A stretch of DNA of 64,000 bases from Orbicella franksi (taxonomy: Eukaryota), in contig OZ116712.1 in assembly GCA_964199315.1 (NCBI GenBank), positions 3,410,001 to 3,474,000 of the forward strand. The letters run 5' to 3'. A model generated the notes under the pieces. That model saw nothing but the letters and a program-made list of their open reading frames with translations. It ran no database searches and was not told where the DNA came from. Each line of letters starts with the position of its first letter. The stretch's first letter is position 1. Of the stretch, positions 53,601 through 62,600 are shown piece by piece. Made by a program: the position numbers and the translations under genes.

Positions 53601-56600
53601 ATAAAGCATTAACGGTGTTAGAACCTTGATAAGACTGTTATTTTCCTACAACAGATTTCAGTCAAAAATATTTTACCAAGAAATAAATCAAAATTCTCAC
53701 CCTCGATGTTGACGTTAAATGTCCTTGTAGATGTTCCGCCTGGGTTATTTGCTATACATTTGTAAGCACCAGAATCAGTAGGGCCAGCGCCAACAATGGT
53801 CAATGTGTGTTTGTCATCCTCTGCTTTGATGTTAAAATGGCTACTGTTCTTCACAGTTGCATCATCCTTGACCCATTCTACAGTTGGTGTAGGCTTGCCA
53901 CTTACAGTGGCCTCCAACAAAATATCACCACCATCTTCGATCACATTTGGAAATGACGGCTCGTCTGTGAATACAGGAGGCGTGGGTTTTTCCATGACAG
54001 TAAGTTCAGCGCTGCAAGATGTCTGACCAGCTTCGTTTGCAGCAATGCAACGGTATGTCCCAGCATCAGACAGAAGGCAATTGTTCAACTCCAGGGAATG
54101 CATATCATCATCTGAGAGGAATTCATAGCGTGGTTCTCCTTCCAAAGCTGTATCATTCTTAAGCCACTTCACATCTGGCTGAGGTGTACCAGACACACGG
54201 ACATCAAATCGTACCAAATCTCCTTCATATAACTCGATACTGTTCATTCTCTTCAGGAATTCGGGAGCAACAACTGCCTCATCAACAACTAGTTCTATGG
54301 TGCAAGAAACCTTTCCAACCTTGTTAGTTGCTGTGCAAGTGAATCCTCCATCATCCGTTTGTTTTGCATCCTTCACTGTGAGAACAGACCTGTTTCCATC
54401 AAATTCCAATTTAAAACGATAGCTTTCCCGAACAAGCTTTCCATCTTTAAACCACTCAATTTCTGGTTCTGGGAGGCCAGAAACGACTGCTTCAAATCTA
54501 GCTTGGCCTCCCTCCACAATCTGTACTCCTTGAGGCTGGACAACAAATTCTGGTGCATGCATTTCCTTCTCAACTTCAAGATTAGCAGAACAAGAATCCC
54601 TACCACCACTGTTAGAAGCAACACAGCTGTATTTCCCACCATCTCCTATTCTAGACTGAGTTATTGAAAATGTATGAATGCGGCCTTCAGTGTCTATTTG
54701 AATATGATCATCAGGGGCAACGTCTCTGTCATCTTTAAGCCACTTCAGGGTTGGTTTGGGTCTTCCACTGACCTCGACCTCGAAGTCTACATCAGACCCT
54801 TCGACAACCTTTTTATCTTCAAGACGTTGAAGGAACCTCGGTGGAATGACATTTTCTCGTACTGTCAATTGTCCTTCACATGATACTTCGCCTGCCTCGT
54901 TTACTGCTGTGCATCGATAGGTAGCCTGATCGTCTGTTGTGGCACCATAAATAAGATAAGCATAACTTCCTCTCTCTTCATTCTCAACAAACTCAGTTCT
55001 AGATGTTGCTTCCTCAATCACAACACCATTCTTGTACCAGTCAATATCAGGTTCTGTGCCTTGAACTCGAACCTCCAATCGCACATCCGTATTTTCAGTC
55101 ACTTCGATGTCTCTGAGAACCTCCAAGAACGAGGGCTTTTTAATCTTCTCTTGAACAGACAGCTTTCCTGTGCATGACACTTTACCTACTTCATTTGTGG
55201 CAGTAACCATGTAGTCTCCTTCATCCTCTGGCAGAACATCCATCAAAACAAGCCTATGAATGTTGCCTTCGGACTCCAACAGAGTCTCTTCGTTTCCTTC
55301 AATCTTTGCATCACTGTTAAACCACTCGACATCAGGTGTAGGGTTGCCAGAAATTTCCACCTCGAAACGTGCCGTGTCACCCTCTGTTACGGTAAGATCT
55401 TCTAAGCCTTTTGCAATTTCTGGTGGAACAAGTGACTTTTCCTCCTTTGGAACACCAAGCACAGCTTCAAGGGGTACCTCACGTTGTACATCAACAGTAT
55501 GAGATACAGAGATTTCTTCAATGTCATCACTTGTTTTCCCTTCATCTGCTACTTCCTCTTGTTTCTTTGCTGGTTTGACAACAAGTTGTGCAACACTGTG
55601 AACTCTACCAACATCATTTTTAGCCTGGCATTTGACTTCACCAGAATCCTTTGGTGTTGTTTCATGGATGATCAATCTGTGTGCGTCTTCAACTTTCGTT
55701 TCTTCATATCTGTCACCAGGTTCAATGAGTACATTGTTTCTAAACCATGAAACATCTGGTTCTGGATTTCCTTGCACTTGCACTTCGAACTCTACATCAC
55801 TACCCTCTTCAACTTCCACTGGTTTCAGTTCTTTTAAAAACTCCGGTTTGGTCGTAATTTCATCAACTAGAAGTTCAGCAATACATTCTACCTCTCCAAA
55901 TGAGTTCTTGGCCACACACTTGTACTCTGCTTCATCATCTAACACTGTACCATCAATAACCAAGGCGTGCAAGTTTCCCTCTTGAATGATATGGGTATGC
56001 TCATCTTCTTCCACAAAGTCATTTTCAACAAACCACTGCACAGCTGGCCTAGGCATCCCTTCAACTACAACTTCCAACCGAACTGCATCTCCTTCAACAA
56101 CATGAACATTGGTCAATTCTTTGAGAAATACCGGCGCTTTACCACTTGGCTCTTTTTCTATTGCTGGAGGCACAGCCTCAAGAACTTGCTCTGTCGTGGT
56201 GGGCACTGCCTTCACACCTTCATCAACAACTTTGAGCTGCGCACTTGTAACTGCTTTGCCTGCTATATTAGTTATGATGCATTTGTACTGGCCGGAGTCA
56301 TTTGGTGCTATGTCTTCTAGCACAAGCAAGGATGAACCAGGCTCGGTCTCAATGTCCATACCTTCATCATCTTCAGAAACTTCCTCGTCATCCAAAAACC
56401 ATTTCACCTTTGGTTCTGGGCTGCCAATGTACTTGACAGAAAACTCAACAGTGTTGCCAGCATCTGCTGTGGAGTCATAAAGTTTCTTTGTAAACCTTGG
56501 TGGTACAGTGTCCTCTGCAACAACCAGTGTTGCTTCACAAGAGGCTGTCCCAAACTTGTTCCTCGCCTTACAAGTATATATACCACCATCATCATCTCTA

Positions 56601-59600
56601 CAGTGTGTTATAACAAAGGTGTGTGTATTTCCAGTTGTTTGTGTTTCAAACCGTGGCCCAGATTTTAACAGCTTGGTACCCTTGAGCCACTCTACAAAAG
56701 GTGTTGGCTTTCCTTGAACTCTAACTTCTAACCGAACAGGACTTCCATCTGGTATTTCAGTATTCTCTAGGACTTTGGTAAACTCTGGAACTTTACCCTC
56801 GCCATTGACTGTCACTTTGGCTGAAGTAGTATCTTTTCCAGCAGAATTAGTCGCCGAGCATGTGTATGTTCCTTCATCATCCATGTCTGACTTGGGTATG
56901 TTTAAGATACAAGTGTTATCAGATGTCACCTTCAATTTGATCCTGTCACTTTCCTGGACTTGCTGTTGATCTTTGAACCAAGTTATGTTGGGATCTGGTT
57001 TTCCAACCACTGTACATTTTAGCTTCAATGGCTCCCCCTCGGACACTTCGACAGTTTCTAACTGCGATGTAAATTTGGCTGGTATCTGAAGGGGTGATAT
57101 GTGAAGATGTGCTGATGACTGGGCGTCTCCAGCCTCATTGGAAGCCTTGCATATATAATCACCTGCATCTTCCAGTTTGCCGTACATGAGAATTAAAGCA
57201 GAAGTGTCTTCATCGTGGACGAGTTCCAGATGCTTGTCTTCTTTAACTGGCCGTCCATCTTTGTACCAGCTTACATTGGGTTCGGGCATACCTGTGACTT
57301 TCACATCAAAGCGAGTGCAAGATCCTTCGACGATGTATACATCCTTCAAATTTTTGACAAAAGCGGGAGGGCTTGTTGGAGTAACTTGTTTCACAGTTAG
57401 ATCGCAGGACTTTTTGACCTCTCCAGCAGTGTTTTTAGCTCTGCACGTGTATTTTCCTTGATCACTGCAGCGTGCATCCTTGATCTCTAAGCTACAAATT
57501 TCATTCTCTCTTGTTGCATGGAAACGTCTGTGTGGATAAATTGTAATTGGTTGTTCATCTTTGTACCAAACTACTTCAGGTGGAGGTGTACCGGTAACAA
57601 AGATCTGCATTTCCACTGAATCTCCTTCCTCTATTGTCTTGTCTTCAAGTTCAGAGGAAAATTCAGGAGGAATGGACCGTCGACGCGTTGTTGGCTTACT
57701 TTCAGTCATCAAATAAATCTCAGGTGCACTGCTGTCACCTGGTTGAGGAAGCTGAACTTGAATGGGAGCAAAGAGAGTCCCACCTTGTCCATCAAGAGTT
57801 AAAGTGACCGCCTGTGGTTCTTGATTTGGGTCTCTGTAGAAAACAAATATGGCAAACCCCGTTAATTAACAGACGTCTAGAACAGAGTATCGTATCCTCT
57901 TATGTCTATACTGGCATTAACCTAAGTATCCGTCGGAAAACTTAATCTGGCTTTGGTGCATCAAGATAGCTATGTTTACTTTCAACATCTATTATTAATA
58001 GTGGCTTTGTGCTGCATGAGTGTGTGTTCATTTGCTGTGATTATAAAAGAAGTTCTTACATTGTTATAACAGATCTGTCAGTTTGTGGCTCATCAACATC
58101 TGGTTCTCCCTCTGATTCACCAGCTGTATCACAATAAAGGAAAAAGTTGTCAAGAACCAAATCCACTTCTTCTGAAAGTCTTAAAGTCTTCAATGATATT
58201 GTTCAGATACAATACAATACCAAAAACTCAATCTGGGGACATTTAAATTGGTAAAAAGTAGCAGGTAAAAAGACAGTGTTTACGGGGTCAACATTACATG
58301 TTGTGGTTATAGTTGACTTGACAATTTTTTAAGAAATGAACGTTTTCTGTGAATGAATATTGCATCTACAATCATGCCTTTCTCATCTAGAAATCAAAAT
58401 ACACGGATTATACTCTTACTGCAATAACACCTTTCCAGACTATGATTAGCAAGCAGTGAGTGATGAAAGAACCAATGAGATCTGCGAATTTGTAAACTCT
58501 GGTTAAAGTAGGAAGAAGTCATAAGTCATGGTACTGCAGTAATGCAGTCTGACACTTTGATCTACTTACATTCAACATTTAGGTCTGCCATGGACGTTGC
58601 TGTTCCTGCGGTGTTTCTGGCCTGGCACATGTATGTTCCCTCATCTTCGATATCGACTTCCGATATTTTCAAGCTATGCAAATCACCCTCCTTCTCGGCA
58701 TGGATGCGCTCCCCTGTTCTGACCGGATGATCATCCTTCATCCATGCTACCTCCGGCTCTGGAACACCAGACACACGGGCATCTAGCTGTGTTGGCTGGC
58801 CCTCCTTGGCTTTCTGATTTGCCAATGGCATGGTAAACACTGGCGCTACCGGGGCTGCAAAATGATAAGGATCTATGTTTAAGCTTTGCCGAATAAGTCC
58901 CTGCATTTTAACACAAAGTATTTTGAAGTGATTCGCTTGATTTGTGTTCACTTACGACACATTTGTGCATAACTTGCAACTGAAGAGCTGTCAGATAACT
59001 CTTCCATGAACTCTATCACAATTTCAAGAGACACAAAAACGTACAAAAATTATAGGAAATTCAATAATTAACGTATTTTTTCTCGCCAATTCTACTAAGT
59101 AACAAGATAAGATGGAGAGGAATTGCAGTATGGAAAACCATGATGTATAATATCCGGCGTCAATCTTTTCTGCAGAACATTGAATTCATAAAAAGCTTTT
59201 TCTCGTTACCTATACTTGCTGATAAAGTTCTGGTACGAGAATGTTCAACTGAATTAAAATCAAGACATACCTGATGCCAACTGTAGAGGCTCTGTTTCTA
59301 CAACAATTTCTTTTTCAGGAGCAGGAACGACAATTTCTGAAATCTTGACACGAAAGAGAGACATAAGTACTAGTAGACAGATACTATACGTGTAACTAAA
59401 TATGTCCAAATCTTTAGGCCGAGCGTGAGGTCGAGATGTACATGTACAAATATCGACCTCATACAAGTACATAACATTATTTCCCTGTCAATTAGTTTAT
59501 CTCCACCACTTCACTGATTACGTACAGAAACAAAAGAACTTAGCAAATATTTCCAATCCTGGACCTCACGTTGGGTTGATAAAAACTATGTAGAGCTATT

Positions 59601-62600
59601 TAAGTTCATACTTCATCAGGCACTTTGGATCCAGGCTTTGACTTCAGCTTAACGGTGTACTCTAAATAAAAGGAAGTAAGACAAAAACTCTCAGAACGTT
59701 TCTACAGGGAAATCGTTTCACTTCCTAAGGTTACTTAGCCCACAAATAATCAAACAGCAAACACAATCTAACCCCAACCACACAGATTTAAGTTAGAACA
59801 ATCTTTTACAGCATAATATTCAGTATAACATAACAAAACTGCTCGACAGCTTTCATATGAATGGTCATAAACTAGGGTTCTGTTGCAGACTTAAAATTTA
59901 GTATGAAGTTACACCGCATTTACCACGATACTACTCAATAGTTGAATGGTTGCATAACATGATTGACGATTTTGAATTTGTCACTCTAGGCTTGTAAAAA
60001 ATTGTGAAGAAACCAGGCATTACCAGCAGGCATAATGATTTCTGCTGTGGACTTCTTTCGCTGTAGCACTGCTGATGGTACCCAGATTTCATTGTCCTTG
60101 GAGCCATCTGCTAGCAGCCTGACCACCTTGTACATCCCAGGGCGTGACAGTCGATCTAGCACCACTACAGTCTCTTCCTTCCGAAGCAATATGTTGTTAT
60201 GGTCATCTCTGTAATCCTCTAATGCTACGTACAACTCGACGTCTTTTAGGGTGCCAGGAACAAGGATCTCAAACCTGAAATTAAGTAATATTGAACACTA
60301 ATTTAGAAGTAAAGCTCTTTAGGGTTCATCAACAGGTTTGCCCACAGCTTACAATGTTCTCTGTAAAAAGAGCTGTGTAGAATTCAATCAGGCCAAGTGG
60401 TCCGCAAACTGCTGACACTTAACTCTGTTTTCTCTACCACACGCACCGTAGACTAGGAGGGTTGCAACTCCCCATCGCTGGGATACTGGTTCTACACAGG
60501 ATACCACACAGCAGACTAGGATTAAGGACTACCGAGACCTTTGGACATAGATAAGATGCTAATACAAACATGATTACACGAGGTAGCACGTTTTGGGGTA
60601 ACCAACTTCCAAACAATTATGTCAAATACTTACTGGGTCTTCTGACGAATTTCTGCACAAAGACGATCAACAACTTCTTTGCCAGCCTGCAAAGACAAAA
60701 GCTTCCAATCATGACATTTGATGCGGGTAGGTACAGGTGTCTACATTTCTGCTACTTACTGTATTTAGCATAATCCAGTGACTGACTATAGATCATAAGG
60801 ACCCTCTTTTGATGGATAGTTAGACTTGGGAGCACGGTATTGTATGGACTACTTGCCAAAAGCCAATAATAAGTCTAGTCTCAGGGCCAGGGGGCAAGAA
60901 ACAAACTGGTACTTGTTCGTTGGACTGACCAGTCTTTAAAGACGAGCCACAAAGTGAATAACAGATTCTTTGATTAAACGGGTGTAGAAAAATTCTCCTT
61001 AATTGCATATAGTACCTCGAGGTCATCTGTATCAACCCCAGCCTTTCGTCCACAATCCAGAAGATCACCGAGATATGATCTGTATTCTAAAATACGTTCA
61101 ACAGGGCGATCCAGAAGTTCATCAACAGGACGAGAAGGACCCTCTGCCTCACACTTCTGCAACGTTGAAAAGGATAGTTAAAAATAATATCTGAAAAATA
61201 CTTGTCTAATACTAATCCTTATTCCTTGTTCAGCTGCAGGTAATAAATGTTCATAGTAACGAAAAGTAGAAGTAAAACGCGAACCTATCAACCACGCCAT
61301 GTACATTACATGTGCAGAGTCTCTACCAGGCAAGAAATAATATTTTAAGGAAGTCTTAATTATCTCCAGTTTCCATCCTTCTGGTTAAATCTGGAATTCT
61401 CATATGATGGCAAATCCAGACATAATACACAACCAACCAAGTGTATGGTTTTAGTTTAAACGTGGAATGGTAACAAAACTACTGTAATACTTCCAAACCC
61501 ACCTCGAAGAAGTCTTTTGGTTGAGATTCTAAAAAGCTGTCTGAGTCCCCTTTTCCATCACAGAAGGTTATATATCTGTCAAGCTCATGTTCCTTTAAAT
61601 ACAGAAATGCATTTATCAGAGAAGGCTCTTTTCATACAAGATCTATACAAAAGTGTAATGAATGACTTCGAAAAGCTCTAACTCTGGACTACACATCTAA
61701 CATGCAATGAACAGTTTGAATTTGTTAAGACAAACCACGACGGCATTTTAACATAGTGGTTTGTCACCAGCAACGGATCTAAAAATATAGGGAAAATTTT
61801 TTCTCTGTGACATACCTGTAAACTGACAAACCCGACATTTTACTCTTCAATAAACTTAAGAGCGAACATACCCTTTTCTTGAAGACCCTGCCAACTTCTG
61901 AAGGATTTCCTTTACACTTAGCCAGCTCCTCACAAAAGATCCTGCAAATAACCAAATACACATCCGTCATGATATCCACAATTCGAAGAACAAGATATTC
62001 TACCAACTGTTTGAAACTAACAGCCACAAAATAAATAAATCAAGTCTTGTCTTTGAGGCGACGTTAGTTTCAACAGTTGCACAATTAACGCAGATGGGAT
62101 TAACTTACACTTTGTGGAAGAAGAAGATGTCCTCTGAATTGATGAAGATGGTGTCTTTATTGTCAGCCACCTCAGGTGGAGCTTTGGGTAGCTGATAGAT
62201 ATAATCCTGCGAGATATACATGGAAATATATGGGTCTCAATCTATGCTCTCATAGGAGAATCTTTGTTTACAACATTTGCCTCATTAGCATAAGTAATAC
62301 AGTTTCTGATGGAGCCACAAAAACATTAGTTCTGAATATTGAAAGGGTACAGCACGATTAACTGTCCCAAGGAATTTGAGCCTGATCTATTGAATGCTTT
62401 TGTACGATGCGGGTTTAAAAACTCACGTTTTTACAAAGAATATATGAGCTCATTAGCGCTTTTGCCACCTAGAAATTTTGCAGTTTTTGAAAGCGAATTT
62501 CTCCTCGAATATTACCCCCAAAAGAGCCAAATTACTAAGTTTCACAAGCTCCTTAGCTGTTTGTAGTCAATTTGTGTCTAGGTGATGCCTTCTCTGTGCA

